Source: the human T2T-CHM13v2.0 reference genome, Homo sapiens. Taken from it: a DNA stretch of 64,000 bases. Positions 9,995 to 23,977 of this stretch are shown piece after piece. The notes beneath the pieces are model-generated. The model worked only from the letters and a program-made list of their open reading frames with translations. It ran no database searches and was not told the origin of the DNA. Made by a program: the position numbers and the translations under genes. Location of the stretch: NCBI RefSeq assembly GCF_009914755.1, contig NC_060932.1. The stretch is one strand, 5' to 3'. Position 1 is the first letter of the stretch, and each line of letters begins with the position of its first letter.

Positions 9995-12467
9995 GCTTAC
10001 AAAGGGATTGTATTTTTCAACTAAGAAAGTATTGTTTAGTCACAGAAAGAACTGGGACGTTCCTTTTCCCGTGCATGTTTTTGACATAAACTAAGCTGTC
10101 ATGGCTTATATTTGAAAATGACATTATCATATGTGAAACATGCTCTTCAGTGGTTTTAGGACTTTATTCTCCCGTTTCCATTTTTTTTTCTGTCTCAGCA
10201 TATTCAGCACATTATGCACAGAGCTGTAGCCTTCAAGGTCATAGACTGTTGAAGGCTAATTGATTCTTCTTTATCCTGGAGCCTGAGAGAGTAGAAGAGA
10301 GACAATCCCAGTAATTGTGTCTGCAGCGTTGCTCCCCAAACCAATCTACCTACTAATGTTAGAGTTTTATTTTATAAATACTAGAATTACTCCCTCACTG
10401 ACTCTTGTCAAATTACAACATTCTTTGTCTTTGTTATAATAAAAGGCAAAATATGACATTTTAAATTGCCTTAAGGTATAGTGGCTATGTCGAATTTTCT
10501 AAAATGGGTATTTCTTTCATAAAGTAATATTTCATATTTTCATGATATTAATCTATGCATTCATGTAGGTCTTAAGAAGTCCAATGCAGAATTGGAATGA
10601 AAGTATATAAGTATATATTTTTATTCTAAAGTATTTCTAAATATGGTTAATGGTTTCCCACTACCACAATGATTATATTGTCATGATACTAATTAAGTTT
10701 TTACTTCTCAATGAGTCACATAATACTTGCACTATTCATTTGTTTTGTCTGGGCTTTAAAATTTTTCCTACCCTGACTGTTGGGAGATTGCAAACTTAGA
10801 TTATCATAAAAAGAGCTGATTAATTAAATTATAGCCAGGAAACAGTGGTACCATCTTGAAAGAAAATGTTTTCTGGATATGAGATCCTCCCTGCTTGACA
10901 ACAGATTCTTGGATGCAAGAATGTGTTGGTATTTTCATCTTGGGCCAACTTTGTTTTGCTTTGTCCTAAGTCTTATTATGGGATTGTATGACAAACCATT
11001 GTTACCGCAGTGACAATAAGAATCAGTAACCATTTGCAAAAGATCAACATGATGAGTTGGATATACCATAGGATTTCTTTCCTTCTATTTGAAAGTGCCG
11101 TTCATTTAAATTCTAATGCATCCTTCTTCTAGTTCTTGGTAACTATGTTTGTAGGTATTTCAGAACAGTGATTTTAAATAACTTCTCCCCACTTTAATCA
11201 TAGCCGATTACAGCCTAAAATATTAAAAACTGGAAGAGACTGAAAGATCTTCTATTGGAACTGAATAATTTCATAAATTTACCAATGAAGAAACCCAGGC
11301 TCAGAAATGCCTATTGAAATTCTTTTATTAAAATATACTAAACTCTGAAAAATGTGGCAAAATCCAAAGTATTAGAAAATGTCTCTGTCTCTGAGAATTT
11401 AAACACACACACTCTCTCTCTCTACTGTTTTCTTCTATCATCGTATCCTTACTGTAGAGAGTTGGAGCTAGAGACGAATGTAGCATCAGACTGAGAATTA
11501 GGGAAGTACTTTAAGTGGGACCACTGTTCAGGTGTGTGTTTAGTGCATATCACTAAAATTAAATTTTCTTCTCGCCTTCCTGTTTTGCTCTTATTAAATT
11601 TTCAGTCGTGGTGGTCTTTTCCCTTTTTATTAGATCATCCATACTTTGTTCAGCTTGCTTCTGAAAACAGCATGGGTTGCCTAGGGTGAGTTCTTCCCTC
11701 ATATATAGCAGATTGCTCTGTGGCTCACTTCTTTTCTTCATAACCCATTTTGTTTTCTCCTCTCTATTCTTTTGTGATACCCAACTCAGACTTCTTCTCC
11801 CCTTTCCTTCCTACCTTCCCAATTATGTATTGACTCTTTTTTATTTTTGTAATTATGTCATTTTGGCTTTATAGGTCAGTATTTCATTGCATCATATCAA
11901 AATAATTTCAACTGTCTTTAATGAAACTTTATTGCATTTTAATGCTGAATGACACTTTCATATATTACAAACATACAAAAAAAATCTCTAGCCAATGACC
12001 AATATACCAGTTTCTTAATGACATAATTAAATCAAATTTTTACCTTCTTCTTGATCTTTTCCTCTTTTTTTCTTTAGTGTGCTTGATTCCAGTTTTTCTG
12101 TTTTTGGACATCAGCATTTCTGTACTCCCAGAAAACGATGTTCCAAACCATACATCTGTGTTCTTCCTCCTTCCCTCTTCCTTTTAACAACTCTTCATAG
12201 TATCCTTTTAAAGTATGAAGGAAGAGGTATTTTATAGATTGAAAAACCAAAGCATAAAAAGTTATGACTTGTTTAGATGCCCCTGAGAACCAGGAATATA
12301 ACTTGTCCACAGAGTCCATTGAACGTTCTACTACAGCATAAACTACATTCCGTCTACTTTTATGCTCATGTTTCTACTTTTATTACTTTTGCTCTACATC
12401 AATGCTTTGTTTTTCTTCTATTATTTCCTCTTTGGTTTTTTTTTTTTTGTTTGTTTGTTTGTTTGTT

Positions 12468-12585
12468 TTTCATTCAGTGAACGTACGCTAAGTGCCTACT
12501 CTGTGCCAGACTCTGTTCTAGACCGGTTATATGACAGTGGAAAACAGTAGAGTGCCTGCCCTCAGGGAGCTTATGTTCTAGTGGA
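12468..12585 (-). mobile_element. L2 3' fragment
   Basis: TTCATTCAG...AAGTGCCTACTCTGTGCCAGACTCTGTTCTAG...CCTGCCCTCAGGGAGCTTATGTTCTAGTGG matches the antisense L2 tail. Confidence 0.7.
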
Positions 12586-13258
12586 TTTTAAGAATCTAAT
12601 TGCATAATGCAATTTGAGATATTTCTTGCTTTCTTATACATATACCCTCTTCATTCAGCATTTCTTCTTCTTTACTGTCATGTTATTCACCTTTTGACTT
12701 CCACTCCTGTCTTTTCTTAATATGTTTTCTTCTCCATCTACCAAATACTGAACACTTGCCCAGCAATGTCCTTTAACTGACAGCAATCCCACCTCTGCTA
12801 CCAACAGGCTGAGTAGCCAGGGGTGATTCACCATATGGCACTATCTAATCAAACCATTGGAGTAGTGAGAAAAATTTGATCTGTCTGGCCCTTTAGGAGC
12901 ACCCTCTTAAGATGAAAAATATATACATAATTCTTCTAGCATGTACATAAAGATTCTAAGATTATTTTCAGATTCTAGAGAGTTGGTAGCTGTAAATATT
13001 TTTGTTTCTATATTTTGCTCATATTTTTATGTATTGTTTTGGCTTGCATAACATCAAGAGTATTAAAATATTCCCAAGGGTTTTTCATTTCACTGTACGG
13101 ACAAAGACTAGAATCTGCCATTAAGTTGTTTAGTTCTTAAACTGAATAAAGACATGAGTTCATATACTATTCACATGAAGAGTGATTGACTAGCAGTGAG
13201 TGAAGTTAATCCTCATCATCTCAAAGCTGATTGTAATCTTTACTGCAGTGAATTTTAT

Positions 13259-13291
13259 CGTGTGTATGCGTGTGTGTGTGTGTGTGTGTGT
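13259..13291 (+). repeat. (TG)n microsatellite
   Basis: TG dinucleotide run with two interruptions. Confidence 0.95.
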
Positions 13292-13339
13292 AGACATTCA
13301 AAGGGTGTTTCTGAATAATATAACTAGTATCTTATAATC

Positions 13340-13500
13340 ATAGAATTTTATATGCTGAACATTTTTAGAGATTATTTGTGTCACTTCCTAAGTGAGAAAA
13401 GGCAGGTCTGGAAAAGTGAAGTGACTTGCCCAATGTCACTACAACCAATCAGTAGCAGTGCTGAGACTAAAACTGAAGTCATCCTTACCTTTGCTACACT
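13340..13500 (-). mobile_element. MIR fragment
   Basis: GTGAAGTGACTTGCCCAATGTCAC...AGTAGCAGTGCTGAGACT, antisense MIR core. Confidence 0.6.
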
Positions 13501-13621
13501 TGCTTTTCTTCTCAAAACTGTTTTTAGCATTTATTCAAGTAGCATATGTTACGTTATCATAATTTAAAAGATTTGGTTTTCCCATTTATTATTTAAATAC
13601 TAATTAGTAAAACTTTTATCA

Positions 13622-13955
<334 letters not shown>

Positions 13956-14239
13956 TTACCTTTATAATATTGATATGTATAAGACACCCCTCCGGAGGCT
14001 GGACATCTGTCTCCCAACAATATAATATATGAGAAAATGTTTTAATGATCAACGTTATCCCAACTGAAATGCGTTACATACTTAGAAAGAAATTAGTTCC
14101 TCAGTGCTTAAAGTATTCAAGCAGTGACACTGTTGAGGGAGATTTATGTTCCTAGCAGATTATTAACTATATTTACTTCTGAAGTCTCTTACAACTCTGG
14201 TTCTCTCAGTTTATTGTCTCAGGGTGTTAGCTTTCCAGT

Positions 14240-14420
14240 GGGTAGACTTGACTTTCAATCCTACTTGTCCCTCTTCATGGCCTTGAGCAAGTTAGACCAT
14301 CATGTTAAATCTGTTTCCTCATTTAAATGTGATAATAATAATAATATACATGTCTTGAGGCTGTTAGGAGATTAAATGAGGTTTTGGAAAACTCCAAGTC
14401 CTAGGCCTGAGACATAAAAA
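14240..14420 (+). mobile_element. MIR fragment
   Basis: CCTTGAGCAAGTTA...TCTGTTTCCTCATTTAAATG...GAGATTAAATGAG. Confidence 0.65.
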
Positions 14421-14609
14421 ATATGAAACCAGCACCAATTTTGTCCCTCATTCTATTTTAACTCCCTGCCTCACTTTGTTCTTTTTCTCCTTTGATCTTG
14501 ACAGTGGTTTGGTAACAATGCCTGGAGAATACATTTTGGGGTTTTAGGGGAACCTTATGAAAAACTTTGAAGGAAGTGAAGAGTTGATGATACATCATGC
14601 TAAAGTAGG

Positions 14610-14760
14610 AATTATACTAGAAACTCGAGATCAAATACCAGCTCTACCTCTTGCATGCTGTGTGACTTTGAGGAAATCACTTCACTTGAGATTTAGTTTT
14701 ACATCCAAACAAATGGGGATGTTAACATCTAAAACTCTCAAGAGATTGTGATAAGGACAA
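14610..14760 (+). mobile_element. MIR fragment
   Basis: CCAGCTCTACC...GCTGTGTGACTTTGAGGAAATCACTTCAC...AAATGGGGAT. Confidence 0.6.
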
Positions 14761-17700
14761 AAGTGGTTACTGTACCTAAAGAAAACAGAGCTTAAAAATA
14801 TATTGAATTCCTTCTTTGCCCTTTCTATCAGGGTTCGTGTATGCATATATTCACAAGTGCTAACATTTCTAGAAATAAATTGTAGGGGTTCTTTACCAGT
14901 GAATTAATTTGTTATGCCTTAAAATGGTCTGTAGGACTTTACTAATTTCTTGAGCCCAGTGTCATAAAAGGAGTATTTTTTCCCTTATACAAATTGGTTA
15001 GAATACATAGATTATTACCTTTGAGTTACATGGATTATTACTTTTTGAGTAATGTCCAAAAATCACTGCATGAGGGGCTTCATTATAGGGAAAGCGATAA
15101 GGAGTTACTTTTGAGAGAGGAAAAGACTGCATGGTATGTAAAATTGTGTTTGTCAAGTAAGTACTGTTTTTGGAAAGATTGGGACAACGGAAAACAATCT
15201 ATACAGTTTAGATGTGGTGCAGGGGAAGAACTTGGCTAGAAATACCATGAATCCTAAGATTATGTTCACCTTACTCTTTTTATTGTTCCAAACTGGGATT
15301 TCCTGATCTCAAAAGATGGGAATTAACGTCTATGAGTTGTTTTCAGCATTTGACAAAAACCATGGAAATAATATACATCAAATAATTTTATATGAGCCAA
15401 ATCAAATGTAGAAATTCTTTGAGTATACTACATCTATGTGTATCTATGTGTGTATACATACATACATATAATTCATACATATAATATTCTAAATAAAGGG
15501 GAAAATTATTTGACAATAAAATGAGCAGATAAAAATATTTTTAAATTTGGACAAACAGGTTGTTTATTAATAGGTTTGGGAGGGGTGGACAAAAAAACTT
15601 CTAGCCCTATGCCTAACTGCTAGAGTAAAAGAGAAAAAAAAGTGTTTTAAAAGTAAAAAATAATTGGAGCTTAAGTATATATTGGAGATTCTGTTGCAAG
15701 TAACTTAAAATGAAATCTTACTAGCTGGATTATTGGCCAGAATCCTACAAAAAGGGAAGAAGCCAGTGCTGTTCTAGATATACACACTTAAGGGATTTTG
15801 GTATTTTTGTTGTATACCTTATGGTTTTTCTAACAGACAGATATAAGTTTGTAAGAGCTTGCCATTTACAAAAATGTATAGTAGTGGGCATAATATATGT
15901 ATTTTTATTTATTCTTTAAAGTAGAACTAGAAATATGTGAGATCCTTTGTTCATCTTGATTGTTATTCACTCAAGTATAATACCTTTGCTGCAGAAATTG
16001 AACTCTAAATCAATACTGGAGCAATGAGGCAGCCCCTTCGAAGCATAAAATATTTGATAACAATCTAGAGTATGTTTTGCCTGGGTATAAGTTTTCTGAC
16101 TGTACAATGGAAATAAGCTGATGGACCCAATAAAACTTGGTGAAATAAAATGGAAAGCTTCCTCAGTAAAATATTTTAAATTTTTCATCAGAAACATGAT
16201 AGGACAAGACTTGATTTACTGTGATTTTCAGTGATAGGCACTTAGTGTTTGAGTTGCATTTCATGAGGTGGTTGTCTCCCAGCCAAAGGAGAAATTCATG
16301 AACTCTCTTTGAAGCCAGAGTTAGCACAGAATTTAATATGCATGTAATTATCAAATGTAAAAATCTTCATAATTTATTTTAGTTTAAAAGTTATTAATTT
16401 AAAATTAAACCAAATGTACATATATGCATATGCATTTGGAAGAAAGATGAGAGCAACACTGAAGACAATGATAGTTGCCATTAGGAAGAAACTTAATTCA
16501 TAGGCAAGCAGAAGACCCTATATCTTCCAGTTCCTAACTGTGTTGCCTGTATTGGTGTACAATGTAATATAATTTTGTTTCCCCCGTTTACCTTCCTTTT
16601 CCCTCCCTTTGTTTCTTTCATACTTGCCATTCACAGTTACTCTTCTCTTTCCTCTATTCTTTCATACCCCACCTATTCCTTCTTCTCCAGCGATCTCAGG
16701 GCACATGACTCCACACTTCTCTCTCCCACCCTGCTCTGAAGCCAGTGTCCTAAAGCATCAGAGGTTATAGAGTAGATGGCCCAGACCTGTGGTTTCTCAC
16801 TGGATGGTTAGTGGGAGAGAGTGAATGAGACCTTAACCACAGTCTTGACCATGATTAGCCTGATGACTTTCAGTGTTGCCTCTTCCTTTGCTAAGTAACA
16901 GGAAGTAATTGTTTTATGAAATATGTTGGTGTCACAGCAATAAAAGCTCCATACATAAATGGAATGATCTAAGGATAGTAGAATTGAACTCTTGTTAGCA
17001 TTTGTTTGTAATCCCTTGGTAGAGCTTCCTGGGTCATAATTGCTTGCTCTTCTGGGAGCAAAAGGAATCAGTAACCATTGATTGTTACATGATGCTAAGT
17101 ACTGCCTACAAAGCAAATCTTAAGAATGATTAGTGGCAGAGTTCAGGGTTACTACTCTGATCTCTTTTTACTATAATCTTTAAAGCAAGCTGAATTTCAC
17201 AGTTTTTCCCATCAAGCAACTCCTATGATTCTTCAAAAGGAAGAGAAAAAATAATGTCATCTAATCTATAAAAGCTTCAGTTGACATCAAAAACAAACAA
17301 AAATATGTAAAATAATTACTTCAGTTTTTTTAAATCTTCCTACTTCCACGATAACAGGGAGACATCTAAATTAACCCCTGACCAGTAACTTTAGTCTTGC
17401 ATGAATATGATCCTTATAATCTTAATTGATCTGAACTATGGAACCTGTGGTACACAGTCAATAACCTACATAGCCGCTGCCTATTTAGTAAACTATACAT
17501 GTAATCAGTGGGATCAATACAAGGATTCTCAAAATCCTTGCAAAATTCATTCTTCAAGATTGCTGAGTTTTCTGAATAGCTGATGATTTGTCACCTTGAA
17601 ACTTTTTTATCTATTTTGGATTGAAATCTTTTAATAACTTACAATACTAGTGACTACTGTCATTTTAAATGGGATTTATTGAATATAGGATCTTCACAAT

Positions 17701-18438
17701 GTTGAATACTGTGATGTCTTTAGGACATAGTTGGGTTATGTTATAACTTTGTTGACCCCTGTTATTTCGTTAGGACATACTGAGTTGTATTAGGGATTCT
17801 AGCTCTTTTACTAAATAACCCAGACCTACGTATGTTCTGATTGTATGTTGGGTTATTACATAATCAAAATTAGCATTACAGAGCTTTAAGCCACCTTAGA
17901 GACACTTTGAACCAAATCTCTTATTTTATCACAGAGACAAGCCCAAAGATGTTAACCTTCTTGCCAGAGACCACATAGAGCCAGAAAATGTTGATATTTT
18001 CATCTCTTCTAGGCTTTCAGCTACCAGGTCACTTTGCAACCAGTGTATGTTAATTGAAACATTTTTTCTGCACTTCTGATGTATAGTTCTGGTCTCCTGC
18101 AGGTTTAAAAGGCAAATTTTAATCAGGTTAAACATTTGTATTAAACATTTATATAAAGGATAAAATCTCTCTGAGTGAGATTCTCTCCTTGAGGAAATGC
18201 ATACATTTTGGTGACATGTTTTGGTGACATATTTTGCTTATATGTCACTCTTGCTCTGTTCTGGATCAACAGAGTTCAAGGATGAGAGGTGAATGACAAA
18301 TGAAGAGGAAGAGTAACTACTTGGTTCTGATGGTCCTTGGATTTATAGCGCAGATTTAGGGGAGCTGAGTTTAATTCCTAGATGTTTTATTTGTTCACTT
18401 GTTCCTCCTTTCATAATATGTAGAATGGCAGTAATAAA

Positions 18439-18440
<2 letters not shown>

Positions 18441-18473
<33 letters not shown>

Positions 18474-18757
18474 AGACAGAGTCTTGCTCTGTTGCCCAGG
18501 CTGGAGTACAGTGGCGTAGCCTTGGCTCACCGCAACCTCCACCTCCTGGGTTAAACCATTCTCCTGCCTCATTCTCCCGAGTGCTGGGGCTACAGGCATG
18601 CACTATCATGCCTGGCTAAGTTTTTGTTGTTGTTTTTATTAGAGACAGGGTTTCACCATGTTGGCCAGGCTGGCCTTGAACTCCTGATCTCAGGTGATCT
18701 GCCCACCTTGGCCTCCCAGTGTGCTGGGATTATAGCCGTGACCCACCGTGGCCAGCC
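18441..18757 (-). mobile_element. AluS (Sx/Sz-like), antisense, with ATAAATCTTT target-site duplication
   Basis: Poly(T)-GAGACAGAGTCTTGCTCTGTTGCCCAGGCTGGAG...GTGCTGGGATTATAG; ATAAATCTTT on both flanks. Confidence 0.95.
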
Positions 18758-19149
18758 AGCTATAAATCTTTAGACCTTGATCATGCACCTAATTGGAAAT
18801 TGTTTTTTGAATGTATGAGCACTACTAAATTAGTCAGTGGGCTTCATGGGATCTGTTTTGAAATTTATTGTGAAACCTTATGATTTATAAAGCACAAATT
18901 ACTTTTATTTTCATTTCTTGAGGACACCATAGCACCAATATTTACAAAGCACATATCTCATAAACTCTCTTGTGATATTGAAGACACGCCTGCAGCAGAA
19001 CCCCAAACTTCCTGTCTTCCCTAACTCCAGCTGTCTCCCCAGTCTTCATCCCGATGGACCATGTTTTAGCCAACTAGAACTCGACCCTGAATATTATTTT
19101 TTCTCTTCCATGTTTTTGCTCATTCTATTTTTTCTACTATAAATGTGCT

Positions 19150-19665
19150 CTTCAAACAGTCTCTCCTCTCCCAAATTCTACTTAGGCCTCAAGACTCACC
19201 TCTCCAAATTAGATGATGGGACCCCTCTTCTTGAAGACCTCCTCCAACCCCCCATAACCTATTGCTTGTGCTTTATCACATTTAGATTTGTGTGTTCTTA
19301 TTTGGATGCTTGCTTATTGCTCATAGTAGACTGACCATTTCCTAAGGCCCAGAGTTATAGCTAACTCATTTTTATGACCTGTATAGTACCAAACAGTGTA
19401 CAGGTTGAGCATCCCAAATATGAAAATTTGAAATCTGAAATGCTCCAAAAATCCAAAACTTTTTGAGCATCACCATGATGTTCAATGGAAATGCTCGTTG
19501 GAACATTTTAGATTTTGGATTTTCAGTTTGGAGATGCTCAGTGGTAACTATAATGCAAGCATTCCAAAATCCAAAACACTTCTGGCCCTAAGCCTTTTGG
19601 ATAAGGGATACTCAACCTATATTTTATATGAAGTAGGTATCTCATTCGTATATTTATGGAATAAA
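19150..19665 (+). mobile_element. L2 3' fragment interrupted by Tigger4a
   Basis: TAGACTGACCATTTCCTAAGGCCCAG...ACCAAACAGTG, then after the insertion GTAGGTATCTCATT...TATTTATGGAATAAA, an L2-tail-like pattern. Confidence 0.5.
19401..19619. mobile_element. Tigger4a (Zombi/MER46-type) TcMar DNA transposon MITE
   Basis: TIRs CAGGTTGAGCATCCC...GGGATACTCAACCT(A), TA on both flanks, internal TCTGAAATGCTCCAAAA. Confidence 0.88.
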
Positions 19666-19902
19666 AGTTACACTGAGGGTAACTTGCTTATGGGAGTGGA
19701 AGAGGAAGAAAATAATCTGAAACCGGGTCTTAAATCACTGACATTTTAATTTTGAAGAATTCAATATAGAGTTTAGTCATTACAAACTTTGTTGAGACAT
19801 GCTTTTGGACATTTTAACATATAATTTGCAAAGTCGGACGTGATTTAAAAAATTCACATCATGGAGTTTAAGAGACTTCAGGCAGCAAAGAATTTTATTT
19901 CA

Positions 19903-20150
19903 TGATAGTATGGTGATTAAGAGCACACACTTTGGAACCAGATTGTCTGGCTTTAAGTCCCAGCCCTGTCTCCGGCTGTGTGACAGCATGCACACTATGA
20001 ACTATCTGTGCCCCGATTTTCTCATCTGTGAAATGGTGGCAATAACTATACTTTCCTCAGGGGCTTTTTGTGAGGATCAAATGAGTTGGTGTTCATAAAG
20101 TGTTTGGAATAGTCTCTGGCTCATAGCGCTATATAAGCATGAGCTGTCGT
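19903..20150 (+). mobile_element. MIR, near full length
   Basis: TGGTGATTAAGAGCACACACTTTGGAACCAGA...TTTTCTCATCTGTGAAATGG...GTGAGGATCAAATGAG. Confidence 0.85.
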
Positions 20151-20749
20151 TACTAGGCAGTTTTAACAATTAAAGTGCATTTCCTTAGATTTCAAGTTTG
20201 ATAGCTTGTGATTACAATAACAGGCTTCAGGAAAGGGCCAGGAATTCCAAGGGACCTATTGACACAGCTATGGATGTGCTACTATTTATTTTGGTTTGGT
20301 TTGTTCATGTGGTTTTTCCTCTGTGTGATTTATGTGTTACCATCATACCTGCATTGTTCTCAGGATTTAGGAGAACAGAAAAGGATAATCATCAATCTAC
20401 CTGTCAGTCAGAAATAGAGCGACATGGATGGTTTGAATAAAAACGCTGCCCTCTCTGGCAAAATGCCATCTGTTGACATTGACATGGACAATCATATATG
20501 TGTATATCTGAATTTATTGCTGTAACTTCTTATTCTGTCATAAAATGGTAGACAAATTCACAAGGAGAAAAGTAACTTATCTTAGTTGTTGAAGAACTGT
20601 TGCAAAGGCTTTGAATTCTGCAATGCTATCATTTTACCAAGACAGAAATCTACTCATTATCCAGATGCACTCAATAAATTAATGCGATGATGGGTCCTGT
20701 CATTGATAAGATAACAGTGATTTGGAAGTATCTCAGTGTTATTAAACAA

Positions 20750-20930
20750 GATCACAGAAGAGCCATTAACATTTTAAAAACAGAGAGATCTTGTAGATAA
20801 CCTAATCAAAATATTTTACTTTACTCATGGGGAAACTAAGATCCAGAATTGTGAAATGACTGGGTCTTAAATACATGCAGCTAGTAAGAAACACGGGCTG
20901 GTCTAAAAAACAGGAATGCCACTTCATTTA
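20750..20930 (-). mobile_element. MIR fragment
   Basis: TTTTACTCATGGGGAAACTAAGATCCAGA...GTGAAATGACT...CAGCTAGTAAG. Confidence 0.55.
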
Positions 20931-21019
20931 GGGCTTTTTTTTTTTTTCAATATCCCATGCTGCTTCTTATAAATTAGATAATTCTTTAATGGTGGAAGAC
21001 TTTATTTTTTCTGTTGTTC

Positions 21020-22125
21020 TATATTCTTTATTGAGTGCCTGCTCAATAGAGAAGAGTTTACCTCTAAAAGGAGAACAAACAAAAGAATAATAAACAAGAA
21101 ATCATATACTATCTTAGCAGGCGGTACATCATATGGGGAAAATAAGTGTGAGGAGATCAGAGTACTGGTGGAGGAGCATAGTTATTTTAAATAGATTAAA
21201 AGGTACAAACATACAGTCTGATAGAAGAAATAACACCTAGTGTTTGATAGATTAGTAGGGTGACCATCGTTTCTAAGAGTCTATTGCATGTTTCAAAACA
21301 GTTATAAGAGAATAATTTGAATGTCCTAGCATAAAGAAAAAACAAATATTTAAGATGATGCATATCCCAGTTATACTGATTTGATCTTTATAAATTATAT
21401 GGATGTATTAAATTATCACATGTACCCCCAAAAGTGTGTACATCTCTTATGTATCAATAAGAAATAAAATTTCAAAAATACCCTTAAGAAATACATAAAC
21501 AGAATGGTCAGGAAAGGCTTCTTTGAAAAAGTAACAGCTGATGAAAGGCTTGAATGAATTAATGGAGTTAACCATATGGCCATATGGAAGAATGTTCCAG
21601 ACTCTGGGAAAAGGCCTTACTGCCCAGGCAGAAGGCCAGTGTAGTCAACTTAAGCCAATGGCTTAAGTGTAGCATGGGAGGCAGGAGGTATTAAATGAGA
21701 TCAGAGAGGTGATGAAGGCCTGATCAGGGAAGCATGCCATTCATTGTAAGAATGATGGCTTTTCCACCGAAAGAGATGAGGAATTATTGCAGAGTTTTGA
21801 GTGACCATGGGACTTGATGCCTTAGGTTTTAATGGGATCACTGCCTGCTGTGTTGAGAATAGCTTGTGGAGAAGGATCCCAAGATCCCGGTGGAAATAGT
21901 CGGACCACTGAGGAGATTGTTGCTGTAATCCAGATGTGTTTGTAGGAGTTGTAGGAGGGAATGTAAAGACATTATTGGATTATTAGATTCTGAATATATT
22001 TTGAAGATAGATTTAGAATGATGTAATGATGAATTGGATATGGGATTTGAGTGAGAGGAGTCAAGGCTGATTTCAGTCTAAGTAGTTGAAAGGATACGGT
22101 TATCACCAACTGAGATGGAGATGAT
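21020..22125 (-). mobile_element. L2 (L2a-like) fragment, split by an L1MA insertion
   Basis: TTTATTGAGTGCCTGCT; GGTCAGGAAAGGCTTCT; GAATGTTCCAG; GGATCACTGCCTGCTGTGTTGAGAATAG; GAGAGGAGTCAAGGCTGA; AACTGAGATGG. Confidence 0.75.
21195..21480 (+). mobile_element. L1MA 3' end fragment
   Basis: AAAGGTACAAACATACAG...TAGGGTGACCAT...ATCACATGTACCCCCAAAAGTGTGTACATC...GTATCAATAAGAAATAAAA. Confidence 0.8.
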
Positions 22126-23934
22126 CTAAAGATCATTTTGCTCAGTCTCCCAATGCATAGGTGCCAAATAAATCAAGGTTCTTATCAAAATTAGAACTGT
22201 GGACATTACCTTCTCATAAAAATAAAGCGAGATATGCCTGAGAGCCTCCTGTAAATCAATACAGCTTTATGTGTGACTAGAGATCCTTATAAATACAAAA
22301 GAAAAGTTGCAGTGAAATTGAGGATGTCTGCCTAGACTACTCGGTAACACTATCCAGAACCCACAACACGTGATGATGGAATGAAGTCCCAGGGGGATGT
22401 AGAATAGGCTTCCAACAAACCACTTTATTCCTATTTTATGGTTTCTTTTTAATTCATCTTGTTCAGCATTCAAACCTGGTTCAAGTTGTTCAGTTTATCT
22501 AAAGCATATTGCCCCATCCCTCTCAGCTCACTTTCAGTCATCTTTTAAACTTTATTTCAGAAGTCTACTCATCTTAGAAATGTGCACTTTATCCCTAAGG
22601 TGAGCTAAGTACTTTCCTCTCTTTCCTCTAGGCTTTGACAGTATCCAGTATTTTCCACCCGTTTCCCATGTACTCTGCTGACATGCATGTATTCCTCAAG
22701 GTCAAGCATTTCTTTTATCCATGTACAGATGCTTCACATAGCACCATGTATACTATAAGCTCTAAGACTTTGAAGTACTTGCATGTCCCAGGTAGAGGTT
22801 TTTCTCCTTTCTCTATTAAGCTGTCAATTTTCTATATTTATGATGAAAATACACAGCAAAAGTAGTGTAAATGCTTATTTTACTTCTCAAATTACTCGTC
22901 AAGTTGCCAAGGTGCCAACTATTTTTTGTTCCACATATTATATCTTCTCTACTTCACTTTCTGGAAAGTAAAAAGCAGCAAAAAGGAGGTTATCAAGAGA
23001 GGAGAAGCAGGAAAAGTTCTAGACAGTCTACTTCATTTTTCTCATATTCTAGTACTCTAGACAGGGTGAAGGCTCCTGTTGCAGAAGTGATGGTCACATA
23101 TTCCTGCAAATACCAAGTACTCAGTTCAGCCCGTGCCTGCAGTCTCTTTACATCCCTGTCCTCCTCTGCTTCTCAAATTTTACCTACTATGCAAAGTCTT
23201 GATCAGGTTCCACTCTTCTTTAGAGACATTTCCTATACTCTGTGGTCATCATTAAACTTTCCTCCTTAGTCTCTATTCCAGCAGCTCGAATCATCTTTAA
23301 TACTCATGTGTGTATTTAAACATCCATCCTACCACATAGGTGTTTGATTCAGTCATGTGTGTTTTATATTATGAATTAGGTTTTAAGTCTCATCTTTGGT
23401 TTTATTTACCTCCTCATACCTAGAAAAACAGATTAAGCACTTGTTCTCTACAAGGCCCTGGGTTCAGAGTAGTAGAATTGAGAGAGACAGAAAGAGCTAG
23501 TTTCTGTCTTCCAGGAGCTTGGTTTCATCAAAGACATAAAAGCCTTGCCATTAACTGGAGTATAAGGTAGTATATGAGATGTATGAAGAAAAAATCCTTT
23601 AGTTTGAGGTGAAAAAAAAAAACCAAAAAGGAATAAGGCTAAGAAGGAAGAGAATCAGAGGCATCTTCATATTGCATGGATAGTTGAGGTGGGCCTTGAG
23701 AGTAACATATGATTCTGATGGGTGTGGTTATTTCAGGTGGGAGTAAAGGCCCAAGGGAAACAGACATGTTAAGTGCATGGTGAGTCGGCCAGTTGAGTCA
23801 GTATGAAGGAATTTGCTGATAGCGAACATTTATTAAGCACGTATTGTGTGTTCAGTGCTTTGCATGTATTGTCTAATCCTCACACACACAAAAAAAACAT
23901 TGTTCCTTTTTGGAAATAAACTGATGGTGTAGAA

Positions 23935-23977
23935 ATGATGATGATGATGATGATGATGATGAAGATGGTGATGATAG
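23935..23977 (+). repeat. (ATG/GAT)n trinucleotide microsatellite
   Basis: ATGATGATG... about 9 perfect units plus degenerate units. Confidence 0.95.

Noticed and set aside
22871-23269. 132-aa ORF
   Set aside because: No recognisable homology or exon structure; length is compatible with chance in 64 kb.
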